DNA of 62,841 nt, from positions 1 through 62,841 of the IMG/VR virus record IMGVR_UViG_3300045973_000170; one strand, written 5' to 3'. A model generated the notes under the pieces. It was not told the DNA's origin, ran no database searches, and was given only the letters and a program-made list of their open reading frames with translations. Below, piece after piece: positions 29,206 to 38,639 of this stretch; the stretch's first letter is position 1; each line of letters opens with the position of its first letter. The position numbers and the translations under genes were made by a program. Source of the stretch: a virus (lineage: Duplodnaviria > Heunggongvirae > Uroviricota > Caudoviricetes).

Positions 29206-30272
29206 TAGAAGCCTCTCTCGCCAAAGCGTTCCTGTGTCATCATTTCAAGTTCAGTGAACTTCAGTTTCATGGTGATTTCCGTGGGCGCACCAGACATATC
29301 ACGAAACGTAGTGAAGTCTGAACCGCCATATTCCACACTCATATCGGTTAATGCACAATTCGAAATGCGGAAAAGTTCTGGGTTGGGCGCACCTTTGTAG
29401 TAGTAGCAGATGGAGAATTCAGCCGGATACTTGAGAATAGCTTTGCCACCACCCAAGCTAGGGTGCATATATCGCTTGAACATGTTGATGATCTGTCTCA
29501 CCGCAAGGTATTCCACATCATCCTTGGGAAGGAATGAATAATCATAAGCAAAAGTACGGAACTTCATTGCCTTAAACAACTGTGCCTTGAAGGGGTTGGG
29601 CGTCATGGCCAACGTTCCTTCCAATGCCTTTCCAGCGTTGCCAAAGATTTTGCTTCCGTTACTCTCAGCACCCTTCATCAGAAGAGATGCACCCATACCA
29701 CCAATTCCCTCCAAAGACCCCAGAGGATTCGAACTGTCAGCAAAGGCACCCATCAGGCCAAGCTCTTCTTCTCCCCATGAGGCACTGTAGCTGGCAATGG
29801 GTTTTCCTGCCATGTACAAGGCAATAACGTCTTTGAGAAGCACCTGAGAGCGATCCACAGCATTGGCGAGAACAGCACCACCCGCCGCGCCAAGTAATGC
29901 GCCAGCCGCCCCCAAACGAAGTGCGGCTCCACCAGCACCACCACCCACCTGATCAACAAGTTTTCCCGCTTCCTTTCCTACTGCCACACCAGCCACCCCA
30001 CCAGCAATCATACCCACCATCGTTCCCTGACCTTCCGTGTTGGGACGATTCATTTTGGTGTTGTCCATCTTCACGTTGGATACCGCAGGGGAGTTTTGCA
30101 TATCACTGATATCCGACACACGAACATTCACAAAGAACATGACGTAGTGTGGATACTGGTTGAATGCCAAATCCATAGGATAACGGATGATGTTGAACGA
30201 ACCTGTCTTGGGGTCGTTTTTTCCGATTGCGGCTGATCTGAAGATATCGTCAGCGGATTTTGTTTCGGCCAT
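29205..30272 (-). CDS. gp48: Baseplate tail-tube cap gp48-like
   Basis: NPFKAQLFKAMKFRTF.YDYSFLPK; YPAEF.I; CALTDMSVEY. Confidence 0.8.
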   Translation of the reverse strand: MAETKSADDIFRSAAIGKNDPKTGSFNIIRYPMDLAFNQYPHYVMFFVNVRVSDISDMQNSPAVSNVKMDNTKMNRPNTEGQGTMVGMIAGGVAGVAVGKEAGKLVDQVGGGAGGAALRLGAAGALLGAAGGAVLANAVDRSQVLLKDVIALYMAGKPIASYSASWGEEELGLMGAFADSSNPLGSLEGIGGMGASLLMKGAESNGSKIFGNAGKALEGTLAMTPNPFKAQLFKAMKFRTFAYDYSFLPKDDVEYLAVRQIINMFKRYMHPSLGGGKAILKYPAEFSICYYYKGAPNPELFRISNCALTDMSVEYGGSDFTTFRDMSGAPTEITMKLKFTELEMMTQERFGERGF

Positions 30273-30307
30273 AAATACTCGTAAGAGAGGGACTACCCCT
30301 ATTTATA
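30270..30307. promoter_or_regulatory. Overlapping divergent late promoters
   Basis: CATAAATA on + at 30270-30277 (towards gp4) and TATAAATA on - at 30300-30307 (towards gp48). Confidence 0.65.
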
Positions 30308-30316
30308 TGGTATTTC

Positions 30317-30772
30317 ATGGCGTACACCAAAGACTGCTACACCGGAAAATTCAAACCACGCAACCCCCAGAAGTATAGGGGAGATGTGTCTAATATCATC
30401 TATCGCTCTTCGTATGAAGTGCGTTTTATGTCATGGTGTGATAAAAATGCAAGTGTTTTGGAGTGGGGCAGTGAGGAAGTCGTTGTTCTCTACCGAAGCC
30501 CCTTGGATAATCAAACCCATCGATACTTCGTGGACTTCTACATCAAACTGAAAACCCGTACAGGCGATATCAAGAAGTACCTTATTGAAGTCAAGCCTTT
30601 TAGGTTTACTCAGGAGCCTGTCATTCCCAAGAGAAAGACAAGGAACTTCATTGCCGAAGTCAAGCAGTGGGGAGTGAATAAAGCCAAGTGGAAGGCGGCT
30701 ACAGCCTATGCCAAGACTATCGGGTTTGACTTCATGTTGGTGACTGAGAAAGACCTTGACCTCATTGCCTAG
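30317..30772 (+). CDS. gp4: Head completion nuclease gp4
   Basis: YTGKFKPRNPQKYRGD..NIIYRSSYE; HRYFVDFY; IEVKP; NKAKWKAA. Confidence 0.92.
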   Translation: MAYTKDCYTGKFKPRNPQKYRGDVSNIIYRSSYEVRFMSWCDKNASVLEWGSEEVVVLYRSPLDNQTHRYFVDFYIKLKTRTGDIKKYLIEVKPFRFTQEPVIPKRKTRNFIAEVKQWGVNKAKWKAATAYAKTIGFDFMLVTEKDLDLIA

Positions 30773-30775
30773 CAC

Positions 30776-30783
30776 TATAAATA
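30776..30783 (+). promoter_or_regulatory. Late promoter TATAAATA
   Basis: Exact consensus upstream of gp2. Confidence 0.75.
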
Positions 30784-30844
30784 GCATTATGCAGTCTTTA
30801 CCCCTTCCATACAGCTATTAGTTCACTCGGTTACACCTTCATTT

Positions 30845-31438
30845 ATGTACTCAGACCCCATTTGTCAACCCCCTATGCCGCCAGTAAGAAGCAACCCTAA
30901 CCCCTTCGTACATATGAGGGAAAGTGCCATAAAAGGCAACTCCCAACGTTCTGTGCGCTGGTATCAAGACCAAATTCGAAAACTCGGAATGGGTCTTCGA
31001 AACATCAACCCACAGCGAGTGATGACCAGTGGGCTAGGGACGGGTTTGAATGGAGTGAAGATTGGCCAAATGTTCATGTACTACTATCACCCCAAACATG
31101 AAGAGCGATTGCCTCATTGGGATGCCTTTCCATTGGTCATTCCGTTCAAGCTAAATGATGACGGATTCCACGGGGTCAACTTTCACTATTTGAACCCCAA
31201 TGACCGCATGGCCTTTTTGAAGACCATCATGTTGATCCAGAAGTCTGGGGGTGGAGTAAGTTGGGAAGTACTCAAGGCTCATGCGGGAACGTTTGCAGAA
31301 CACTGTGTTAAGCGGTACTTGTACAGCCATGTGAAGAACCAGTACTTTCAGAAGATTGATCCAGAGGATTGGAAGACTACGATTATGTTGCCTGTTGAGA
31401 GATTCATGAAGCAAACAAAATATTCAGCTTACCTCTAA
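30845..31438 (+). CDS. gp2: DNA end protector gp2
   Basis: GQMFMYYYHPKH..RLPHWDAFPLV; GVNFHYL; CVKRYL. Confidence 0.88.
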   Translation: MYSDPICQPPMPPVRSNPNPFVHMRESAIKGNSQRSVRWYQDQIRKLGMGLRNINPQRVMTSGLGTGLNGVKIGQMFMYYYHPKHEERLPHWDAFPLVIPFKLNDDGFHGVNFHYLNPNDRMAFLKTIMLIQKSGGGVSWEVLKAHAGTFAEHCVKRYLYSHVKNQYFQKIDPEDWKTTIMLPVERFMKQTKYSAYL

Positions 31439-31447
31439 GGATTCAAC

Positions 31448-32290
31448 ATGTCTGAACTTTACATTCCAAAACTAAGCCAATTCATCAATCTCGCAAGGAA
31501 CAATGCTCTTGCAAGAAGCAATCGTTTCTTGGTTGAGTTTTTCCCACCCTCATCATCTACTCCTAATTTGGATAACGTGATTGGTATGATGTGTGAGGAA
31601 GCAGAATTTCCGGGTAAGAGTATTGAAACGCGCTCCCTTCGTATTGCGGCGTTGACGGAGCAGAGAGCGCATTATGTGGACTACAAGAACAAGCAAATCA
31701 CCTTCAAGTTCATCGTGGATAATTCGTGGCAAGTCAAGAATTACTTTGATGATTGGATGGCTTTGGCCATCGATCCTATGTATGAAGATGCTGATACTCC
31801 CAAGGAAATTGGATTCTACAGCAACTACATTGGTGATGTGAACATCTTCTCCCTTGCGCCCATTTTCAATGCCAAGTACGAGCAGACAGGAACAAAGAAA
31901 GGTCACTATTCTGATCCAGAGAACAACACAGAAGCACCGCTTTACGGTGTTCGATTGCGAGAGGCGTGGCCCACGGAATTGCATTCACAGCCCATGGCAA
32001 GTGGGGCTGAAGGATATCATCGTCTAAGCGTGACACTCACCTTCAAATGGTGGGAAGATATCTTGGTTGGTGGTGCAGGAGATTCAGGGGCGAAACCACT
32101 CGTTCAGAAAAAACCACAAAACATAAGTGGTGTTACACAGGAAGAAGCTATTCTTCGGCTTTCAGAGCCAAAGAAGATTCCACCCGTCCTTCTCAAGTCA
32201 TGTAAGTTGCCCCCTAAGGCACCAACGTTCTGGGAACGTTTTGGTGGTGGTGGTGGGTTCTCTGGTGGTGATAATAGTGGTAGTTGGTAA
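31448..32290 (+). CDS. Tail-tube-fold baseplate protein (gp54/gp19-like)
   Basis: LARSNRFLV, MCEEAEFPG, YFDDW, LREAWPT, LSVTLTFKWW. Confidence 0.7.
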   Translation: MSELYIPKLSQFINLARNNALARSNRFLVEFFPPSSSTPNLDNVIGMMCEEAEFPGKSIETRSLRIAALTEQRAHYVDYKNKQITFKFIVDNSWQVKNYFDDWMALAIDPMYEDADTPKEIGFYSNYIGDVNIFSLAPIFNAKYEQTGTKKGHYSDPENNTEAPLYGVRLREAWPTELHSQPMASGAEGYHRLSVTLTFKWWEDILVGGAGDSGAKPLVQKKPQNISGVTQEEAILRLSEPKKIPPVLLKSCKLPPKAPTFWERFGGGGGFSGGDNSGSW

Positions 32291-32313
32291 CAAACATTTT
32301 TCAAGGAAACAGT

Positions 32314-33021
32314 ATGTCTATACCATTGGTTAAGGTGCCGCGATATCAAATGACTCTCCCGTTCACAGGAGAAGTGGTTGATTACCGTCCGTTCTTGGTG
32401 AAGGAAGAAAAGTTGTTGATCATGGCAAAGGATTCTGGTGATCGACAGATGATCATTCGCACAGTCGGAGATATCGTAAGAGATTGTACAGATGGAAAGG
32501 TGGATGCCAATATTCACCCGATGTTCCATGTGGAGTATGCCTTTCTAGAGATTCGTGGGAAGTCGGTGGGTGAAGAGATTGAGTATTACTTGGTGTGTGG
32601 AAAGTGTGGTCACAAATCAACTACCTTCACCAAGGTGGACGATTTCAAGCTCCTAAAACAAGAGGATCACACCAATACCGTAATGGTTAATGAAGAGATT
32701 CGCTTGACCATGAAGTATCCAACCTTCGAACATTTTGTGAAGTTGTTTGGTGATACAGAAGAAAGTTCACCAAATGTGGAAGCCGTGGTTGCAGAATGTG
32801 TGGATACCATGATCACCAAAGATGAAGTCATCAAGATGACACGGGACAATGTTGAAGAAATGAAAGATTTTATCGACAACATGCTCCCAGAACAGTATAG
32901 CAGACTTGAGCAGTTCTTCTCCACTATGCCAGTACTTCAGTGTGAAAAGGAATACACTTGTGATCGTTGTGGCACAGAGAACGTAGTAAACATCGGTGGA
33001 ATCAACAATTTTTTCGTGTAA
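32314..33021 (+). CDS. gp26: Baseplate hub assembly protein gp26
   Basis: P.YQMTLP..G..VDYRPFLVKEEK; FLEIRGKSVGE; CxxC twice; ends NFFV; start trimmed to MSIPL. Confidence 0.85.
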   Translation: MSIPLVKVPRYQMTLPFTGEVVDYRPFLVKEEKLLIMAKDSGDRQMIIRTVGDIVRDCTDGKVDANIHPMFHVEYAFLEIRGKSVGEEIEYYLVCGKCGHKSTTFTKVDDFKLLKQEDHTNTVMVNEEIRLTMKYPTFEHFVKLFGDTEESSPNVEAVVAECVDTMITKDEVIKMTRDNVEEMKDFIDNMLPEQYSRLEQFFSTMPVLQCEKEYTCDRCGTENVVNIGGINNFFV

Positions 33022-33194
33022 CTCTTTCCCACGATAACTCGGCTAATTTCTACAAGACCAATTTCTTACTCATGCAGTTGCACAAGTATTCGATCAGTGA
33101 ATTGGAAAGTATGATGCCGTGGGAAAGAGAAGTCTTCATCGGGTTGCTTATCGATCACCTTAGGAAAAAGAAACACCCAGACCAAGAAGAATAG
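33009..33194 (+). CDS. gp51: Baseplate hub assembly catalyst gp51, probably the -1 frame extension of gp26
   Basis: NFYKTNFLLMQLHKYSISELESMMPWEREVFIGLL; no ATG ahead of the conserved N-terminal motif; T-TTT-TTC heptamer at 33009-33015. Confidence 0.8.
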   Translation, partial: FFRVTLSHDNSANFYKTNFLLMQLHKYSISELESMMPWEREVFIGLLIDHLRKKKHPDQEE

Positions 33195-33202
33195 GCGCAT
33201 TC

Positions 33203-35587
33203 ATGGCAAATCAGAAACCGCGAAGACCAAATACAAAGGTCAGGCAAGCTATCCGGCCCATCAAGCCAGAAATGGATATCCAAGGAGTCATTCTACGCAA
33301 TGACAAATACTTGGACACCATGCATGGTTTAGAATTGTTGCTTCCTAGTGTTGCTTCAAAAGAAACAGCGGCAGAAGCATCGGATTTGGTGAGTGAAATA
33401 ATCACTCTTCTAGAACAAGTTCCAAGAAACATTGGAACCATGAACGCATTCGATAAGAGAACGGCCACCTTGACGGCGCGACTTATCCTTATTCTGCAAA
33501 AGCCATATAGCAACGTTTCTGATCCAAGTGTCAAGAAACAACTCAAGACCTACCTTGACTCCTTGAAGGTAATGGGTGGCGATCTTTCTGTACACAGGGA
33601 ACAACCCCGAAATATGAAAGAAGTATTGGCGCGAAATTTCCTTGGGCTTCAGCCTCAGGATGTTCGTGCCAAGGGTATTGCAAGTACTTACATGAGGGAA
33701 ACCATGAAGGACTTCAAGGTTCTCTTTGGGGGAACCCGTGAGAAGAGTGCCTTCGATAAGACCATGGAAGATGAAAAGGCTATTAAGAATGCTGAAGAGA
33801 AGAAACAACAGCGTCTAAAAGATATTGATGACAAGACGGAGAATGAAGATAAGCAGAAGCAGAAGGCTGACACAGACAAGGAAAAGGCCCATAGCGAAGC
33901 TATTAAGGAAGACAAGGAACGAGAAGAAAAGAAGTCTGTTCATGAAGAAGCCCTTGAAGAGGACACAAATCGTAACGAAGCCATGAAGCAGGGAGTTCCC
34001 ACAATTCTTGATGCAATTGCAGAGAAGGATGCTATTCATGCACAAGCCATTGAGAAGGAAAACGAGATTGAAGAAGCAACTTTGACAGCGCGTGAGAATC
34101 AGACAAAGAAGGACGATCAAAAAAGACAGAATCAAAATGATCAGGAACAGAAAGAAAAGGATGAGATTGAAGCGAAAAGTGATGACACCGTCACTTCTGA
34201 AATCCTTGAAGAAGTCAAGGCCATTCATGAGCTTATTGAAAAGGGTGGTGGTGTTGGTGGCGGGGATGGAACAGGAAGTGGAAAGGGAAAGAGAAAGCAA
34301 AGTATTGAAGATGTGGGTGAAGTAGACGGGGGGCGCGAAGAAACGATTAAGAAAATGATGAAAGCAATTCCCGGCTTCAAGCGAGAAGATGCAGAAAAAG
34401 CTTATGATAAGGGTGTAATTCAAAAAGAAGATCAGGAAGACAAAGTAGAAGCAGAAAAAGATGCACATGCAGAAGATAGAGAACGCTCTATGGCCCGTGG
34501 AAAGGCAGAGCGCGTTCAAAAGGAACAAGAGGAAGCTCGCATTGAAGAGCTTCAGAATGCTCACGCAGAAGCATTAGATATTGATGAGAATAACAAGGGG
34601 CGCATCCACTCAACAGGAATTGCCCAAGATCGCGCCAATGAGACTGACCGATATCGCTCTATGGACAAAGAGAAGGCTCATGGGGAAGCAAACGCTTGGG
34701 CTGTCATGCGTACACCCGGACGCATTGAAGACAAGGACTTGTCTCATGACGTTGCTAATACCATGGAGGCAAAAAATGAAAGTCAGCGAAAGATTAATGA
34801 GGCGCGTAAGCTAGACAAGGGATCGGCAGAAGCAGAGGCCCATCTTACGGAACGTTGGCGTAATTTGCCCAAGGACGCCTCTCATGAGGAAGCATTGGCT
34901 CAAGAAGCCAAGATGAATCCTGTCGCCACCCCTGTTACGGCGTCTGTTGCGGAGCCTACACCCCTTGAGATGCCTGAAGCTCCCGAAGTGCCAGAAGAAG
35001 GTGGGTCGTGGCTTGGAAAGGCATTTGGGGCGGTTAGCGGGGCTGTGGGAAAGGCTGTTGCCCCCGTTGCCGCTGGTGTTGCCGTTGGTGCTGGTGCGCT
35101 TGGCCTTGGAATCCATGAATGGAACAAACATTCGGAAGCTGGCCAGATGACCCGCGATGTTGAGGCGAAGGACAAGGAACGTGGCACACAGGCATACCAA
35201 TTGGCCCAGAGCAAGGGTTTCAATTCCATCAAGGAAATGCGAGCTTCAGGACAGGACAAACTACAAGGCAGAACTGTTGGTGGTATTGGTCAGAAAGAGG
35301 TTCAAGCTCCACACACCACCTATACCCCAAGAGCGCATCGTCGCGGGGGTGTTATGGCTGGTGGTGTTCTTGGGGCAGAGAAGGGTGGTATCGATGAGGG
35401 GATTACGGAGAAGCCAGTACATGTGGCTCCCATAGCACCGATTATCTATGCTCCCCCGGCACCAGCGGCTCAACAACAGCAACGTCAGGAACGACAGTCG
35501 GTGTTCATTCGACCTGTCCATCCAAGCTTTATGCGATATCAGGAAAAGAGATTATCACGAATACTGTTTCCACAGAACACCGTGTAA
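33203..35587 (+). CDS. Large charged helical protein, tape-measure (gp29-position) candidate
   Basis: 794 aa, long E/K/D-rich coiled-coil, Ala/Gly-rich segment, C-terminal IAPIIY motif; follows gp26/gp51. Confidence 0.55.
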   Translation: MANQKPRRPNTKVRQAIRPIKPEMDIQGVILRNDKYLDTMHGLELLLPSVASKETAAEASDLVSEIITLLEQVPRNIGTMNAFDKRTATLTARLILILQKPYSNVSDPSVKKQLKTYLDSLKVMGGDLSVHREQPRNMKEVLARNFLGLQPQDVRAKGIASTYMRETMKDFKVLFGGTREKSAFDKTMEDEKAIKNAEEKKQQRLKDIDDKTENEDKQKQKADTDKEKAHSEAIKEDKEREEKKSVHEEALEEDTNRNEAMKQGVPTILDAIAEKDAIHAQAIEKENEIEEATLTARENQTKKDDQKRQNQNDQEQKEKDEIEAKSDDTVTSEILEEVKAIHELIEKGGGVGGGDGTGSGKGKRKQSIEDVGEVDGGREETIKKMMKAIPGFKREDAEKAYDKGVIQKEDQEDKVEAEKDAHAEDRERSMARGKAERVQKEQEEARIEELQNAHAEALDIDENNKGRIHSTGIAQDRANETDRYRSMDKEKAHGEANAWAVMRTPGRIEDKDLSHDVANTMEAKNESQRKINEARKLDKGSAEAEAHLTERWRNLPKDASHEEALAQEAKMNPVATPVTASVAEPTPLEMPEAPEVPEEGGSWLGKAFGAVSGAVGKAVAPVAAGVAVGAGALGLGIHEWNKHSEAGQMTRDVEAKDKERGTQAYQLAQSKGFNSIKEMRASGQDKLQGRTVGGIGQKEVQAPHTTYTPRAHRRGGVMAGGVLGAEKGGIDEGITEKPVHVAPIAPIIYAPPAPAAQQQQRQERQSVFIRPVHPSFMRYQEKRLSRILFPQNTV

Positions 35588-35591
35588 CGAA

Positions 35592-35624
35592 AAGGGGGAG
35601 AAACCGAAATGGCTTCTCCCCCTT
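35592..35624. terminator. Bidirectional terminator hairpin
   Basis: aagggggagaa-accgaaatggc-ttctccccctt between convergent genes. Confidence 0.75.
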
Positions 35625-35638
35625 CTCTCATTCATGGT

Positions 35639-36580
35639 CTACGCCTTGTTAGCGAGACTCTTGAAGTATTCTTCTGTATCCTCTGGCTCTTCATCACCCT
35701 CTGGCTCTTCGGCTGGTACGGAACCCGCTGGCTTTCTCGGTTCCTCACTCTTGATTTCCGGTGCCATCTCTGCCTTCAACCCTTCGTTACGAACTTCAAG
35801 GGTTGCGGGAGTATTGGTGACGTATTCGAAACGCTTCTTCAGCACTTCGTAGGACTTGAAGTGGCGTGGGTCAAGGAAATCCTTGAGCGAACGACACTGG
35901 CTCCAAATCGCATCCAACTCTTCATCCGTACCCTCAACCGCACTGCACGGCAAGAATGCGCTCTGGTCGTAGTTCCTACGCTTCTTCACGTTGCAAACCA
36001 CCAACTGAAGATTGGCACCCGTGAACAGATTGAACGGGTTGAACTTCGCCATACCCTCAACCGGGGGCTTTCCAGCATTCTTGATCTTGTCGAAAATCTT
36101 GACGCCGTACTTGAACAAGAATACCTTACCCTCGTTCTCCGGACGCGCAGGGTCTTTGATGACCAAGATGTTGGAGTAGTGGTTCAACCGACGCTTACGG
36201 CTCTTGGCCAGCATACGGTTTGGGCCTTCATCATTCGGGAATTCTCCATCCTTTTCCAACGACCACAGACGGCTGTTATCTTCCGAAACAGGGTCTTTAT
36301 GGTCAGGGCCAAGCGTGGTCAGAGAATTCTCAATGTACCACTTGCCTGACGGCCCCTGAAACCCATGATCCCAACGGCGCACAAAGGCGTCTTCTTCGCC
36401 CTTCGGGGCGGGGAGGAAACGGATAACGGCGATGCCATTACCGGACTTGTCTGCGGGTGGACTCCAAAAAACACCCTCTTCCTCCTTCTCATAATTCTTC
36501 TTCGTTGTATCTTCGATCTTCTTCACCAAATCTGATAGATCGTTGCTCTTCTCGCGCATTTCTCTCAAGCTTGTAAACAT
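35639..36580 (-). CDS. gp32: Single-stranded DNA-binding protein gp32
   Basis: GNGIAVIRFLPAP, HGFQGPSGKWYIENSLTT, KRRLNHYSNILV, EGKVFLFKYG.KIFDKI, acidic tail; AGGAG SD before ATG 36580. Confidence 0.95.
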   Translation of the reverse strand: MFTSLREMREKSNDLSDLVKKIEDTTKKNYEKEEEGVFWSPPADKSGNGIAVIRFLPAPKGEEDAFVRRWDHGFQGPSGKWYIENSLTTLGPDHKDPVSEDNSRLWSLEKDGEFPNDEGPNRMLAKSRKRRLNHYSNILVIKDPARPENEGKVFLFKYGVKIFDKIKNAGKPPVEGMAKFNPFNLFTGANLQLVVCNVKKRRNYDQSAFLPCSAVEGTDEELDAIWSQCRSLKDFLDPRHFKSYEVLKKRFEYVTNTPATLEVRNEGLKAEMAPEIKSEEPRKPAGSVPAEEPEGDEEPEDTEEYFKSLANKA

Positions 36581-36597
36581 CTGAACTCCTGTTTCTA

Positions 36598-36632
36598 ACG
36601 GTGTGTAAACGGTGTGTGACGGTGTGTGAACG
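36598..36632 (-). repeat. Three 10-nt tandem repeats in the gene 32 leader
   Basis: + strand acggtgtgtaa / acggtgtgtg / acggtgtgtg (minus strand CACACCGT x3). Confidence 0.8.
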
Positions 36633-36638
36633 TTGATA

Positions 36639-36806
36639 CTACCATGTTCTAGGTTCATCAGGATCATCATCTAAATCATCAGGCTCGTACTCATACTGCT
36701 TGTTGTACTTCACAAAAGAGTCCTTCTCATCTACCTCATGAATCTTTTTGGGGTGTTCGATATGCTTCTTCGCATTGAACACTTGGTGTCTCCGGTCTTT
36801 ACCCAT
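36639..36806 (-). CDS. Small protein between gp59 and gp32 (55 aa; not in the ORF track)
   Basis: MGKDRRHQVFNAKKHIEHPKKIHEVDEKDSFVKYNKQYEYEPDDLDDDPDEPRTW; start overlaps the gp59 stop. Confidence 0.65.
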   Translation of the reverse strand: MGKDRRHQVFNAKKHIEHPKKIHEVDEKDSFVKYNKQYEYEPDDLDDDPDEPRTW

Positions 36807-37386
36807 TGATCCCAAATACCTTCTCAGTTGCCACCTGAAAGTCCTCCTTGCTGAATGTGAGAAATGGTTCGTACTTGTACATCAGCCTAGAAATCGGTTT
36901 CCAAATGAAGTCATCTTTCAAACGCGCATCGACCACGGGCCGATAGGTATATAGTTTGTCCAGTATGACCATGGTTTCCAGACTAATTCTCTTACCCAGA
37001 TACTCCTTGGCTATCATCGGGTGACTATCTCCATTCCACAAATCGGAGACTGTTTTGGCACCCATATCCTGTAGATGCAATATATCCTGTGTGTAGTGGT
37101 ATGTCAAGCCCTGAATGCGTTTTTGCCAATCCAAAAGTACCTCATCAGCACTCGCGCTGTACATACCCCCGTATTTATCTCCCTTCACAAAGTTAGAAAT
37201 AAAGAACTCCCGAAGCTGTACATCGCTGTATTTCTTAGTTAGCTTGTACAACTTGAATCTTATGGTACCCTTCTCAAAGGATGCCATGGTCATGCGCTTC
37301 ATTCCATACTTTCGCACATCATAACTATCGGACATGAAATGGAGCTTGATGTGCATGTACATTTCATACGCTTGGAATGGACTCAT
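36799..37386 (-). CDS. gp59: Helicase loader gp59
   Basis: AYEMYM.IKLHF....YD..KY; ISLETMVILD; KYEPFL. Confidence 0.85.
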   Translation of the reverse strand: MSPFQAYEMYMHIKLHFMSDSYDVRKYGMKRMTMASFEKGTIRFKLYKLTKKYSDVQLREFFISNFVKGDKYGGMYSASADEVLLDWQKRIQGLTYHYTQDILHLQDMGAKTVSDLWNGDSHPMIAKEYLGKRISLETMVILDKLYTYRPVVDARLKDDFIWKPISRLMYKYEPFLTFSKEDFQVATEKVFGING

Positions 37387-37877
37387 GGGATGATGTAAAA
37401 ATCTACACCCGCTTCATTAAACATGGAGTTAATGTGGGCGAAATGTTCACCCCATTTATCCACATTGATATCTTCTTTGAGCTTACCATAGACTGAAACA
37501 ATGCCACTTTGAATGATGGCTCTAGCACAATCCATGCAAGGAATCCAAGAAGAATACAAAGTACAGCCTTCAAGAGATAAACCCATACGGGCCGCATTGT
37601 AAATGGCATTGCGCTCTGAGTGTTCAGTCCACAGATACTTCTCAGGACGCACCAAACGTTTTGGGGTTTCCATAACCCCGCGAGGAAACCCGTTGTATCC
37701 TACGGAACGCACTTCTTTGTTGGGGCCAACAATCACACACCCAACCTTGGTACTTTCGTCCTTGCTCCATGTAGCCACCAACTCAGCCATTTCAACGAAA
37801 CGTCTGTGCCATTTCAGATTGCGATCTTTTTCCTTGATGGCGACCTTGAAAGGTTCATAATCTTCAATACGAGCCAT
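37383..37877 (-). CDS. cd: dCMP deaminase
   Basis: SKDESTKVGCVIV, GYNGFPRG, HSERNAI, PCMDC. Confidence 0.92.
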   Translation of the reverse strand: MARIEDYEPFKVAIKEKDRNLKWHRRFVEMAELVATWSKDESTKVGCVIVGPNKEVRSVGYNGFPRGVMETPKRLVRPEKYLWTEHSERNAIYNAARMGLSLEGCTLYSSWIPCMDCARAIIQSGIVSVYGKLKEDINVDKWGEHFAHINSMFNEAGVDFYIIP

Positions 37878-37884
37878 AGAGTCC

Positions 37885-38154
37885 TCAGAGGGGTAATTTG
37901 CCTGACTTCTTCTTCATGAGATTGAGGTTTTCTGCTTCCACCTGAATCAATTGCTTGAGGCGATGGTTGATCAACGATGCCGCCGCTGTGGGTTCAACGT
38001 TGCGCTCTTCACAGTACTCAATGATCATTTCATAGTTGCTGATGCCGCGCTTTGCGGCTTCTGTCTCAATGTAGACAGAGAATTCTTCCGAAGTCTTGAA
38101 CTGACGGGTGATCAAATACTCGACAGTAAGTTCGTTAGGTTCCTTCGGTGACAT
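37885..38154 (-). CDS. gp33: Late-transcription coactivator gp33
   Basis: FS..IE......ISNYEMIIEYCEERNVE......LK..I..EA..LNLM...KLPL. Confidence 0.85.
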   Translation of the reverse strand: MSPKEPNELTVEYLITRQFKTSEEFSVYIETEAAKRGISNYEMIIEYCEERNVEPTAAASLINHRLKQLIQVEAENLNLMKKKSGKLPL

Positions 38155-38575
38155 AGAAGATGTGACCCCCAATTTGTTGGATTGGAAGCATGGTCAAACT
38201 CCATTTTGGTTTGACGGACATATTGTGGAAGAACATGGCGTTCTTAATGGTTGGTAAACGCTTATTCTCGAAAAGAACTTCGTGTGCAATACGCATTGCT
38301 TCCTTGTAGATTTTCATGTCGCGGATCGGGTAAGGCTTGGCTGTCCATGAGAATTGTCCCTTCTGATAGACAACTCCACATACGGTCTTGGGCCACTCCT
38401 TGCTCTTTGCCCGATTCATTGTTACGGTAGCCACTGCCAACTTCCCTTCATAAGATTCATCAGGGGCTTCATAGTAAATGTTCTTGGCGAGGCATTCTTG
38501 TTCATTGATTTTAGGCATGGAGGCTGTTTTTGGCATCAGGCCCATGAGGATAATCGTCGCAAGTTTGAACGTCAT
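38135..38575 (-). CDS. SleB/Hydrolase_2 cell wall hydrolase
   Basis: CLAKNIYYEA..E...GK.AVA.V.MNR...WP.TVCGVVYQ..QFSWT. Confidence 0.88.
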   Translation of the reverse strand: MTFKLATIILMGLMPKTASMPKINEQECLAKNIYYEAPDESYEGKLAVATVTMNRAKSKEWPKTVCGVVYQKGQFSWTAKPYPIRDMKIYKEAMRIAHEVLFENKRLPTIKNAMFFHNMSVKPKWSLTMLPIQQIGGHIFYVTEGT

Positions 38576-38604
38576 GTAGTCCTTGTGTAAGGGTTCATAC
38601 TCTA

Positions 38605-38633
38605 AAGGTAGTCACTGAATCATGGTTTGTCAA
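38605..38633 (-). promoter_or_regulatory. sigma70-type promoter
   Basis: TTGACA-17 nt-TACCTT upstream of the hydrolase. Confidence 0.7.
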
Positions 38634-38639
38634 CCCCTT

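Noticed and set aside
35639-36670. N-terminal extensions in the ORF track (gp32, guaC, gp26, GP88-like, several small genes)
   Set aside because: Internal starts have better SD sequences, match family N-termini and avoid long overlaps; coordinates were trimmed.
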